Part shown: positions 48,537 to 56,704 of the stretch, in pieces
Layout of the letters: each line of letters begins with the position of its first letter
Position numbering within the stretch: the first letter of the stretch is position 1
Origin: a virus
Taxonomy: Duplodnaviria; Caudoviricetes
DNA: 64,000 nucleotides
Reading direction: 5' to 3' (one strand)
IMG/VR virus record: IMGVR_UViG_3300045526_000254
Location: 1 to 64,000 of that record
Program-made: the position numbers and the translations under genes
Notes under the pieces: model-generated
Seen by the model: the letters and a program-made list of their open reading frames with translations, nothing else
Told to the model about the DNA's origin: nothing
The model's database searches: none

Positions 48537-49673
48537 ATGTCTCGCAAATCTTCCGTGAACAACGAACAACTGATTTCCGATCTCAAATCGCTTTATGGTA
48601 TTGAGTTTTCTGCTGCCGATGTTCGTGGTTATTGTGCATCTAAAGGTATTTCTTATCCTACCGTAACTCGTTATCTTGAACCATATAAAACTGATCGTGG
48701 TCGTTGGAATCTGGAAGTGACTCAAGAACGTGTTGATGAGATTGAGCGTTCTTATCAGTCTCCTGCTGTTTTGCCTGTTATTGAACAAAATCTTATTCCT
48801 GACAAAGATGATACCTTCGTCAAGTTTGGTAGTTTTAACGATATTAAACAAATTATTCAGTCCCGTCTTTTTTATCCTACGTTCATTACGGGTCTGTCTG
48901 GTAATGGTAAAACGTTCTCGGTGGAGCAAGCGTGTGCTCAACTGAAGCGTGAACTCATCCGTGTAAACATCACCATTGAAACTGATGAAGACGACCTTAT
49001 CGGTGGTTTCCGCCTTGTTGATGGGAATACTGCTTGGCATAATGGCCCTGTCATTGAGGCACTGGAACGAGGTGCAATCTTGCTTCTTGATGAAATTGAC
49101 CTTGCCAGCAACAAAATCCTGTGCCTTCAGTCCATTCTTGAAGGTAAAGGTGTCTTCCTGAAGAAGATTGGTCGTTGGATCAAACCTGTCGCTGGATTCA
49201 ATGTGTTTGCCACCGCAAACACAAAGGGTAAGGGTTCTGATGATGGACGTTTCATCGGCACTAACGTTCTCAACGAAGCGTTCCTGGAGCGTTTCCCCGT
49301 GACTTTCGAGCAATCCTATCCTGCTCCTGCAACCGAACAGAAGATTCTTGAAGGTATTGCTCTGGATCTTGGCGTAGAGGATCGTAATTTCTGCAAGCGT
49401 CTGGTTGATTGGGCGGACATTATCCGTAAAACCTTCTATGATGGTGGTATTGAGGAAATCATCAGTACCCGTCGCCTGGTTCACATCATTCGTGCTTATT
49501 CCATCTTCAAGGATAAGGCAAAAGCAATTCAGGTATGTGTAAATCGTTTTGATGATGAAACCAAACAGTCCTTCCTGGAACTGTATGATAAAGTTGATGC
49601 AGATTTCCAGATGCCTAATATGCCTCAAGAGGATGGTGTTCCTACTGCCGTTGACTTTGCAAAACCTTTCTGA
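48537..49673 (+). CDS. cobS: CobS-like / MoxR-type AAA+ ATPase
   Basis: GLSGNGKT, ETDEDDLIGG, LLLDEID, ATANTKGKG, NEAFLERF, ISTRRL. Confidence 0.88.
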   Translation: MSRKSSVNNEQLISDLKSLYGIEFSAADVRGYCASKGISYPTVTRYLEPYKTDRGRWNLEVTQERVDEIERSYQSPAVLPVIEQNLIPDKDDTFVKFGSFNDIKQIIQSRLFYPTFITGLSGNGKTFSVEQACAQLKRELIRVNITIETDEDDLIGGFRLVDGNTAWHNGPVIEALERGAILLLDEIDLASNKILCLQSILEGKGVFLKKIGRWIKPVAGFNVFATANTKGKGSDDGRFIGTNVLNEAFLERFPVTFEQSYPAPATEQKILEGIALDLGVEDRNFCKRLVDWADIIRKTFYDGGIEEIISTRRLVHIIRAYSIFKDKAKAIQVCVNRFDDETKQSFLELYDKVDADFQMPNMPQEDGVPTAVDFAKPF

Positions 49674-49679
49674 TATAAT
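49651..49679 (+). promoter_or_regulatory. Sigma70-type promoter
   Basis: TTGACT-N17-TATAAT at the end of cobS. Confidence 0.8.
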
Positions 49680-49722
49680 TGGGGGAGGTAAAAATGTGCC
49701 TTCCCTTTTATTTTATTTTACT

Positions 49723-50049
49723 ATGTCAGACAATAAAAATCATCTTTGGAAATATAATGAGGATAAAATCCTTAAAGATATTGAAGATTATGTGACCAGC
49801 ACTTATGGAAGTCACTATTGTGGTCACAATCAAGACTATAAAGACATTCAGACAATTGATCTGATGGCGGCAAAAGATCTGGCACAACATTTTTGTCAGG
49901 CAAATATCCTGAAATATGGTAGTCGTTATGGCGATAAGGATGGTCGTAACAAACGTGATCTTCTTAAGGTAATTCACTATGCCATGCTCCTTCTTCATTT
50001 TGATGGACATTATTCTCGACAAGATAACGGACTTACTGAATTTCGTTGA
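49723..50049 (+). CDS. Conserved hypothetical protein, DUF3310-like
   Basis: HY...IQTID...FCQANILKYGSRYGDKDG..KRDLLKVIHYA; start reassigned to ATG 49723. Confidence 0.55.
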   Translation: MSDNKNHLWKYNEDKILKDIEDYVTSTYGSHYCGHNQDYKDIQTIDLMAAKDLAQHFCQANILKYGSRYGDKDGRNKRDLLKVIHYAMLLLHFDGHYSRQDNGLTEFR

Positions 50050-50051
50050 TT

Positions 50052-50738
50052 ATGAAACTAAAACCTCAAACTATGAAACTTTCTGACAATACACTCACGG
50101 TTCTCAAGAATTTTGCCGGGATTAACAATTCGATTCTTGTGAAGCAAGGTACTCGTCTTCGCACGATTTCTGTGGCAAAAAACATTCTGGCAGAAGCAGA
50201 GATTACCGAAGAGTTCCCCCGCGAATTTGCCATTTATGATCTTAATCAATTTCTAAATGGTCTGGGTCTTCATCAGGATCCTGATCTCGATTTTACCGAA
50301 GATTCTCATATTACAATCCGCGAAGGTAAGCGTAGGGTGAAGTATTTCTATGCTGATCCTAATGTTATTGTTTCGCCTCCAGATAAAGACATTCAACTTC
50401 CTTCCCAGGATGTTTGTTTCCAACTTGACAGTGTAACTCTTGAAAAACTAATCAAGGCAGCGGGTGTTTATCAACTTCCTGATCTTTCTGCTGTCGGACA
50501 GGCAGGAGTAATTCGTCTGGTTGTTCGGGATAAAAAAAACGATACTTCTAACGAATATTCGATTGTTGTTGGTGAAACTGATAAAGAATTCATCTTTAAT
50601 TTTAGGGTTGAGAATATCAAGATTATTCCCGGAGCTTATGACGTTGTGGTGTCTTCTAAACTTTTGTCTCAATTTACAAATAAGAAGTACAATTTGAAGT
50701 ATTATATTGCTCTGGAACCTGATTCAACTTTTGAATGA
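50052..50738 (+). CDS. gp45: Sliding clamp gp45
   Basis: MKLSDNTLTVLKNFAGINNSILVKQG, FAIYDLNQFL, YFYADP, YYIALEPDS. Confidence 0.95.
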   Translation: MKLKPQTMKLSDNTLTVLKNFAGINNSILVKQGTRLRTISVAKNILAEAEITEEFPREFAIYDLNQFLNGLGLHQDPDLDFTEDSHITIREGKRRVKYFYADPNVIVSPPDKDIQLPSQDVCFQLDSVTLEKLIKAAGVYQLPDLSAVGQAGVIRLVVRDKKNDTSNEYSIVVGETDKEFIFNFRVENIKIIPGAYDVVVSSKLLSQFTNKKYNLKYYIALEPDSTFE

Positions 50739-51169
50739 TGGAATTTCTTCTTTATCTTTCTCCAGAAAGTCATAAAATTTATACTTTAATTTCACAAAAA
50801 GTTAAAGTAGTTGAAAATGCTCCTATTTGCCGAAAGCACGATATTTTTGGATGGTATCAGTCAAATAAAAAACTTATAACCATTTGCACTGACAGAATCA
50901 AAGACTTCCAAAATTTTGAAAAATATGTTAATGAGACTATAAATCATGAATCTGTTCATGTCGCTCATGAATGCAAATCTAATAATGGTACTATGATTCC
51001 TTTTGGAATTTCTCCTGATACTATGCATCTTGACGATCGAAGAAAAACTGATTTAAATAGTTCTATTAGAATAAATGGCGAAACAAATCGACGAATTGAG
51101 CATGAAGCTCTTTGGATGGAAGATAAACCAGACAAAGTTGAATATGTTTTGAAAAAGTATTGTTTTTGA
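50735..51169 (+). CDS. Hypothetical protein with HExxH zincin-like motif
   Basis: ETINHESVHVAHEC followed by a distal E (EHEA). Confidence 0.6.
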   Translation: MMEFLLYLSPESHKIYTLISQKVKVVENAPICRKHDIFGWYQSNKKLITICTDRIKDFQNFEKYVNETINHESVHVAHECKSNNGTMIPFGISPDTMHLDDRRKTDLNSSIRINGETNRRIEHEALWMEDKPDKVEYVLKKYCF

Positions 51170-51234
51170 TATTGAAGAACACAAAGCAATCATTCGATAT
51201 ATGATTGAACACCTAATGAGTTGAGGAACCTACC

Positions 51235-51744
51235 ATCAATATATTCGCCACTTCTCCTTGGCCTGCTGAAAGCGCCATCTGCCTTCCCGACAAGCACATC
51301 GTCAAGATGCCTCTGGAGTGCTGCCAAATGCTTTCCATCGTGGCATCTGACTGGTATCATGGGTATGGACGCCTCCACAAGGCAGATGAGACGCCTTACA
51401 GCACCGCCAAGGGCGCTTTCCGCAATCATCCCTGTACTAAATGGGCAGCGGAGTCTGTGGATAATGCGTACTGGTTGATTAAGCACGGAATGAATCTCTG
51501 TGATGAATATACTCTTCGTTACGGTAAGACTCATTCTTGCTATAATACTTTGCTAGAAGCATACTACCTTTTTCCGAAAGGTAAAATTGATAATGTGACA
51601 CCGTTTGTGAGGGCGATGCCAGATGAGTATAAACTTGACGAAGGGATTGACACTTTTACTGCTTACAAGATGTATATCGCATCCAAACCTTGGGTTGCAT
51701 CTAATTATCTTCGTATGCCAGAACGTAAACCTGAATGGGTATAA
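51235..51744 (+). CDS. DenV/Pyr_excise-like conserved protein; apparent ATC start
   Basis: In-frame (I)NIFATSPWPAESAICLPDKHIVKMPLECCQMLS...NHPCTKWA...EY..RYGK.H...YKMY..SKPW. SD GAGGA lies 7 nt before ATC 51235, and there is an in-frame TGA at 51217. Confidence 0.7.
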   Translation: MNIFATSPWPAESAICLPDKHIVKMPLECCQMLSIVASDWYHGYGRLHKADETPYSTAKGAFRNHPCTKWAAESVDNAYWLIKHGMNLCDEYTLRYGKTHSCYNTLLEAYYLFPKGKIDNVTPFVRAMPDEYKLDEGIDTFTAYKMYIASKPWVASNYLRMPERKPEWV

Positions 51745-51791
51745 ATAACTCATTTACTAAATAGTATTATACTACGAGGTTTAGTAAATGA
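51740..51791 (+). promoter_or_regulatory. Late promoters plus start-codon-sequestering hairpin of the GIY-YIG HEG
   Basis: TATAAATA at 51740-51747; CTAAATA at 51757-51763; 12-bp stem TCATTTACTAAA (51750-51761) / TTTAGTAAATGA (51780-51791) includes the ATG. Confidence 0.75.
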
Positions 51792-52321
51792 ACTGCGTTT
51801 ATCAAATACGAAATAAAATAACAGGAGAAAATTACATAGGTTCTACTGAAAAAAATTATATGCTTAGATTTGCTAAACATATAACTATGTGTGCTTCTAA
51901 TAAAATGGATTGTCCTAAACTTTATGAAAATTTTTTAAAGTATGGGTATCATAATTTTACTATTGAAGTAGTTAAGTGGATTCACGAAGATGAAGAAATT
52001 AAATCAGTAGAACAACAATATTGTGAGTGGTTAAAACCTTCATTGAATTCTTTATGGGGTACAAAACATACTAAAGATTCTATTGATAAAATGCGTAAAT
52101 CGCAAAGAGAATATTGGTCTAAAAATTCTCATCCAAGAAAAGGAGTTCCTTTTACTGAAGAACATAGAAAAAATCTTTCAAAATCTATGGGCAAAAAATG
52201 TTGTGTTGATGGAGTCATTTATGAATCCGTGAAAGAGTGTGCTAAGATACTTGATATCCACAGGGATACTGCAAGTTGGAGAATGAGAAGTAAATCGTTC
52301 CCAAATTATTATTACATTTGA
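51788..52321 (+). mobile_element. Free-standing GIY-YIG homing endonuclease (Seg-like) with NUMOD3/NUMOD1-type C-terminal DNA-binding motifs
   Basis: VYQIRN..TGENYIGST..RF..H, catalytic E (SVEQ) and LN; HTEEHRKNLSKS; DGVIYESVKECAK.L. Confidence 0.88.
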
Positions 52322-52336
52322 TTTTTATTTTTTGAT

Positions 52337-53296
52337 ATGGAACTGACTGATAACAAACCATTTCTCTGGGTTGAAAAATGGGCACCAGAATCTGTTGAAG
52401 ATTTAATTCTTACTAAAAGTGTAAAAGAGTTTTTTACTAATGTAGTAGATGAAGGACAACTAAATCAAAATCTTATCCTTCAAGGTTCTCAAGGGTGTGG
52501 AAAAACTCAAACAATCAAGACTCTCTGTAAGATTACTAAACAAGATGTTTTGTTTTTGAATGGTTCATCTGAAGGGAGGTATTTGGATACTATTCGCAAT
52601 CAAGTCATTAACTTTGGAACAACTGTTTCTATGTTTAATGATAAGAAAAAGGTGGTATTTTTTGACGAGTTTGATGGAACAACTAATGATGTGATGCTCT
52701 GTCTTCGTGGTGTAATTGAACAACTTCACAATAATGTTTGTTTTATTTTTACTTGTAATAATCTAAACAAGATTATTGAACCAATTCAATCAAGGTGTGT
52801 TGTTCTTAAATACACACCCATTCCAAAGAATGAAAAATCCCAGTTGATGGTTTCTATTTTTAATAGAATGTCTCATATTCTTGATGAGGAAAAAGTTGAG
52901 TACGATAAAAAAGTTGTAGCAGAACTCATTAAAAACTATTTTCCAGATACAAGGCAACTTCTCAATACTCTTCAAAGGTACTCTACGGGAGGAAAAATTG
53001 ACACGGGCATTCTTGCATCTTTCTCTGACATCTCTGTAAATGAACTCATCAAGAACCTCAAGGAAAAGAACTTTACAGAAGTCCGTAAGTGGGTGGTCTC
53101 CAACCTTGACAACGATGCTCCTGTTCTACTTCGCAGGGTGTATGACGCCTGTTATGATTGCCTTTCACCCCAATCTATCCCTGCTGCCGTTCTTGTTATT
53201 GCTAAGTATCAATACCAATGTGCGTTCGTGGCTGATCAGGAAATTAACCTCCTAGCAGCACTAATTGAAATTATGTGTGAGGTTGAGTTTAAATGA
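52337..53296 (+). CDS. gp44: Clamp loader large subunit gp44
   Basis: LWVEKW, GSQGCGKT, FFDEFD, FIFTCN, EPIQSRC, AFVADQEINLLA. Confidence 0.93.
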   Translation: MELTDNKPFLWVEKWAPESVEDLILTKSVKEFFTNVVDEGQLNQNLILQGSQGCGKTQTIKTLCKITKQDVLFLNGSSEGRYLDTIRNQVINFGTTVSMFNDKKKVVFFDEFDGTTNDVMLCLRGVIEQLHNNVCFIFTCNNLNKIIEPIQSRCVVLKYTPIPKNEKSQLMVSIFNRMSHILDEEKVEYDKKVVAELIKNYFPDTRQLLNTLQRYSTGGKIDTGILASFSDISVNELIKNLKEKNFTEVRKWVVSNLDNDAPVLLRRVYDACYDCLSPQSIPAAVLVIAKYQYQCAFVADQEINLLAALIEIMCEVEFK

Positions 53297-53463
53297 GTAA
53301 TAAAACGACTCCCGAAAACGTAGCGGAAGCAAATTGGGCATTATTTCGTGCTACCATGAATCTTCCTGCCGCTGCCGCTCATTGTGGCATGACGCAGAAA
53401 GAAATGAAAATGACCTTTCGTGAATTCTTGAAGTATCACCCTATTGATTATGAAACGAATTAA
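53293..53463 (+). CDS. 56-aa hypothetical protein (absent from ORF track)
   Basis: MSNKTTPENVAEANWALFRATMNLPAAAAHCGMTQKEMKMTFREFLKYHPIDYETN; ATGA-coupled to gp44. Confidence 0.65.
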   Translation: MSNKTTPENVAEANWALFRATMNLPAAAAHCGMTQKEMKMTFREFLKYHPIDYETN

Positions 53464-54001
53464 AAAAGATTGGACGGCGTATTGTAGAACTTCTTTTAAT
53501 GCATTAAAAGGAAATATAAAAGATTGGGGTAAACCTGAATTTTATCGTCCAATTACTAGAATTTATTATATCAATGTATTTGACTGTGGACTTTCTAATT
53601 TTACAGGTCTTGTAAGTAAAAAGGCATTAGAAAATAAACTTCAAGGTAAAAAAGTTGTTTATGATCACTGCCTTTCTCCACAGTTTATTGGGAGAATGAT
53701 TATGGATAACCCTCACAAATACTTATCGGAATATTCTGTTTTTGAAAATATTTTTTGGCAATCTTGTAAAACCGTTATGGTCACTCAGGATGAAAATTTT
53801 GCTCTTGCAGGACTCACAGAAAACAACGGACAAGAATATAAAGTTTATGTTCCTACTAATAAGAAATATAATCATCTAGGAATTAACCTATATTTTCGCC
53901 CACAGAAGCATGGACGCTGGAACGAGGCAGTTCCTCTGGATACAAATCTGATTGATACTCCAAAGGATCTGTTAGAATATGAAAAAGAATTTCTTGTTTG
54001 A
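53450..54001 (+). CDS. Hypothetical protein, possibly His-Me/HNH-like nuclease
   Basis: VYDHCLSP...CKTVMVTQDEN spacing resembles a beta-beta-alpha-metal site; weak. Confidence 0.45.
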   Translation: MKRIKKDWTAYCRTSFNALKGNIKDWGKPEFYRPITRIYYINVFDCGLSNFTGLVSKKALENKLQGKKVVYDHCLSPQFIGRMIMDNPHKYLSEYSVFENIFWQSCKTVMVTQDENFALAGLTENNGQEYKVYVPTNKKYNHLGINLYFRPQKHGRWNEAVPLDTNLIDTPKDLLEYEKEFLV

Positions 54002-54003
54002 TT

Positions 54004-55062
54004 ATGTTATCTCCAGAAAACGCTATTTGGGCAGCGAATCAATTTATAGAGTATTATTCTAAGTTTAATAGAATTGATGACTATATGAGATTCGTTAAGA
54101 AAAGCAGAATTTTAAACTCTGCTGGCAAATTATTTGGACCTGAAGATGAAATGTTTTCAGATTTTTCTTTAGATCCAAATGACATGTCTTTCACAATTCA
54201 TGAAGTAGATACAGGATCTAAACCAAAAACTAAGTATAATCAGGAATTGTACTCTGAAATTTTAAATCTCACGGCATCAAATCCTATTGAAGAGGCAATT
54301 CCAGGAAGAACAATAAAGTGGATTGTTACTGAGGATAATACAAAAAAAGTTGTAGGTGTGGTTAGGTTTGGATCACCGACAATTAATTCAAAACCAAGAA
54401 ATGATTATTTTTGTGAGGTATTACCATTATCGAAAATTAATCATGAATTTGTAATGGGATTTAATATTGTTCCTGTTCAACCTTTTGGATACAATTATCT
54501 TGGTGGAAAACTACTTGCATTGTTAGCATCATCTAATGAACTCAAACGACAATTTGATTCAAAGTATGGAACTGATCTTCATTACTTTGAAACAACTTCA
54601 TTGTACGGTACAACGAAAGGGGTATCCATGTATGATGGTCTTAAACCTTATCTTCGACACATAGGAGATACTGAGAGTAAATTTTTACCACTTTTTCATG
54701 ATGACTATTTTCGTGAAATGTTCTGGTGGTTTAATAACAATGCTAACGGTGGAGAACGACTTATTTCTGCTGATAAGTCATCGAAGAAATTGAAGATTCA
54801 AGTCAAGATGATTTCAATCATCATAAAGTCCCTTCAAGATGCTTCAAAACTACATGAGTTTAAATCTTGCATTGAACATGCCAAATCTCTCACAGAAAAA
54901 AAGAGATACTACATTTCTGAGTTTGGATATGAACCTGAAGAGGTTATTTCTTGGTGGAAAATAAAAGCATCTAAACGATATAAAAAACTTAAAGAAGAAA
55001 ATCGTATTAGAACAAATTTAGAATTATGGACTGTAGACTCTAATTTGCAAATCATTAGATAG
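54004..55062 (+). CDS. DUF4338/DruA-like protein (GNAT/Mom-like fold inferred)
   Basis: VVGVVRFGSP....PRN, VPVQPFGYNYLGGKLLALL, YG..L..FETTSLYG...SMYDGL...IG.T motifs recall DUF4338. Confidence 0.55.
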   Translation: MLSPENAIWAANQFIEYYSKFNRIDDYMRFVKKSRILNSAGKLFGPEDEMFSDFSLDPNDMSFTIHEVDTGSKPKTKYNQELYSEILNLTASNPIEEAIPGRTIKWIVTEDNTKKVVGVVRFGSPTINSKPRNDYFCEVLPLSKINHEFVMGFNIVPVQPFGYNYLGGKLLALLASSNELKRQFDSKYGTDLHYFETTSLYGTTKGVSMYDGLKPYLRHIGDTESKFLPLFHDDYFREMFWWFNNNANGGERLISADKSSKKLKIQVKMISIIIKSLQDASKLHEFKSCIEHAKSLTEKKRYYISEFGYEPEEVISWWKIKASKRYKKLKEENRIRTNLELWTVDSNLQIIR

Positions 55063-55063
55063 T

Positions 55064-55444
55064 ATGGAACTTAAAGACTGGTTAAATTCAATTAATCAAA
55101 CAAAAATTAACTTGATTGATCAAGATCAATCATTGGAAAAAGAGTATCCACCTTATATTATTAATCGGTGCTTATCTGCTCATATTGATTCTATTATGTT
55201 TGCTAATGAAATGAATCAATACCATTTTCTTCCTAAGAAAATGCAATATGATTTTTTTATAAATAGTCTGAGGAAAAAGAAGAGATTTTCTTCTTGGATC
55301 CGACAAGATAAAATCCAAGATCTTGATTATGTCAAACATTATTATGGATATAGTAATGAAAAGGCAAAACAAGCTTTGAGGATTCTTACCAAGGAACAAC
55401 TTAATTTTATAAAATCAAAATTTGAAACTGGAGGAACAAAATGA
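55064..55444 (+). CDS. gp62: Clamp loader small subunit gp62
   Basis: LKDWLNSIN..K, YPPYIINRCLS, MQYDFFINSLRKKKRFS, YYGYSNEKAKQAL. Confidence 0.93.
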   Translation: MELKDWLNSINQTKINLIDQDQSLEKEYPPYIINRCLSAHIDSIMFANEMNQYHFLPKKMQYDFFINSLRKKKRFSSWIRQDKIQDLDYVKHYYGYSNEKAKQALRILTKEQLNFIKSKFETGGTK

Positions 55445-55881
55445 GTGTCGTTCAAGAACCTGAAGTGAAGTGGACGCCCGACCAAATGGTGGAAGTGATT
55501 CTTAATGAACCTGATGATTTTTTAAAGGTTCGTGAAACTTTAACTCGTATCGGAGTTGCTTCAAGAAAAGAAAAGAAAATCTATCAATCTTGTCATATTC
55601 TTCATAAGCAGGGTAGATATTATCTAGTGCATTTTAAGGAACTCTTTGCACTGGATGGAAAACATGCCAATTTGACCATAAATGATGTTCAACGTCGTAA
55701 TCGTATTGCTCAACTTCTTGCTGATTGGGGATTGATTGATATTGTCGATGTAAAAAAAATTCAAGACATTGCACCACTTAACCAAATTAAAGTTCTTGCA
55801 TATAAGGACAAAGGTGATTGGATTTTGGAGACAAAATACAACATTGGTGCGAAAAAGAAAAGGGGTGAGGAAACCGAATGA
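55441..55881 (+). CDS. regA: Translational repressor RegA
   Basis: PDDFLKVRETLTRIGVAS, YQSCHILHKQGRYYLVHFKELFALDG, RRNRIAQLLADWGL. Confidence 0.96.
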   Translation: MSVVQEPEVKWTPDQMVEVILNEPDDFLKVRETLTRIGVASRKEKKIYQSCHILHKQGRYYLVHFKELFALDGKHANLTINDVQRRNRIAQLLADWGLIDIVDVKKIQDIAPLNQIKVLAYKDKGDWILETKYNIGAKKKRGEETE

Positions 55882-55887
55882 TTTTAT

Positions 55888-55912
55888 AGGGAGTTCAACA
55901 CTCCCTTTTTTT
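55888..55912 (+). terminator. Rho-independent terminator
   Basis: AGGGAGT-TCAAC-ACTCCCT plus T run after regA. Confidence 0.8.
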
Positions 55913-55991
55913 ATGGAAGTGTTATAATTATACTATGAACGCCGAAAGGGTTCACAAAATACAAACTCGCTTTAAAAAAGGAGCTACCATA

Positions 55992-56426
55992 ATGACTAAT
56001 CTCACAAGATATACTGCTGCGGATTTGCCTGCCTTGATGGACAGGATTACTCGCCACAGCATTGGAATGGACGAGTATTTTGATCGTCTATTTAATCTTC
56101 ATGAAACAACTTCTAATTATCCACCTTATAATCTTATTCAAATCAGTAATGTAGAATCACGTCTAGAACTTGCTCTTGCCGGATTTAAAAATGAGGAAGT
56201 GCATGTATACACAGAGCACGGAAAACTTTTTGTAGAAGGGCAGAAGGAAGACAGGGAATCTGACACTAACTACGTTCATAAAGGATTAGCTCAACGATCT
56301 TTTAAGAGAGCGTGGACACTATCCGACGACACCGAAGTAAGGGAAGTCTTATTTGAAGATGGGTTGTTAACTGTGAAACTTGGTAAGATTGTTCCAGAGC
56401 ATCATACTAGAAAGGATTATCTCTAA
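55992..56426 (+). CDS. hsp20: Small heat-shock protein (Hsp20)
   Basis: NYPPYNL, LELALAGF, VHKGLAQRSF.RAWTL, FEDGLLTV.L; SD AAGGAG precedes ATG 55992. Confidence 0.93.
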   Translation: MTNLTRYTAADLPALMDRITRHSIGMDEYFDRLFNLHETTSNYPPYNLIQISNVESRLELALAGFKNEEVHVYTEHGKLFVEGQKEDRESDTNYVHKGLAQRSFKRAWTLSDDTEVREVLFEDGLLTVKLGKIVPEHHTRKDYL

Positions 56427-56444
56427 ATAGAAGAAAAACCTTAC

Positions 56445-56603
56445 ATGAAAACTTTCCGCCAGTTTTTGAATGAGATAAAAACTATTAAGTATCCTATGGC
56501 AAAAGCACATAAGGTTTATATGAAAGGAAAAGTTCAAAATGTACCTGCCGGAAAAGCTGTTCCATTTAATCCAGGTGGTGGTGGAAGAGGATGTGAAGAA
56601 TAA
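56445..56603 (+). CDS. 52-aa basic protein with capsid-targeting-like N-terminus (MKTFRQFLNE); absent from ORF track
   Basis: MKTFRQFLNEIKTIKYPMAKAHKVYMKGKVQNVPAGKAVPFNPGGGGRGCEE; CTAAATA at 56423-56429. Confidence 0.65.
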   Translation: MKTFRQFLNEIKTIKYPMAKAHKVYMKGKVQNVPAGKAVPFNPGGGGRGCEE

Positions 56604-56653
56604 TAAATAATAAATGAACTATCGTCGGCGTGAGGAGCACCTGGAGATCCAGG

Positions 56654-56682
56654 TTGACTCCTCTCTTTTTTCTTGCTATAAT
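56654..56682 (+). promoter_or_regulatory. Sigma70-type promoter for the gp43 operon, overlapping a hairpin
   Basis: TTGACT-N17-TATAAT; the -35 lies within the GAGGAG..ACCTGG-AGAT-CCAGGT..CTCCTC stem followed by a T run. Confidence 0.8.
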
Positions 56683-56704
56683 GGGAAGGAGGATAGTAGG
56701 TACA

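Noticed and set aside
48474-49628. 384-aa reverse-strand ORF antisense to cobS, and similar antisense ORFs at 45039, 45765, 48131, 20626 and 51190
   Set aside because: They mirror well-supported + strand genes, lack SD or promoter signals and recognisable motifs, and are expected from codon bias.
44682-49673. Cobalamin biosynthesis function for the cobT/cobS-like genes
   Set aside because: No cobN or other pathway genes are in the window; the motifs only support a generic MoxR AAA+/vWA pair.
51168-51224. Short open stretch DIEEHKAIIRYMIEHLMS between two genes
   Set aside because: No in-frame start with an SD, and too short to support as a gene.
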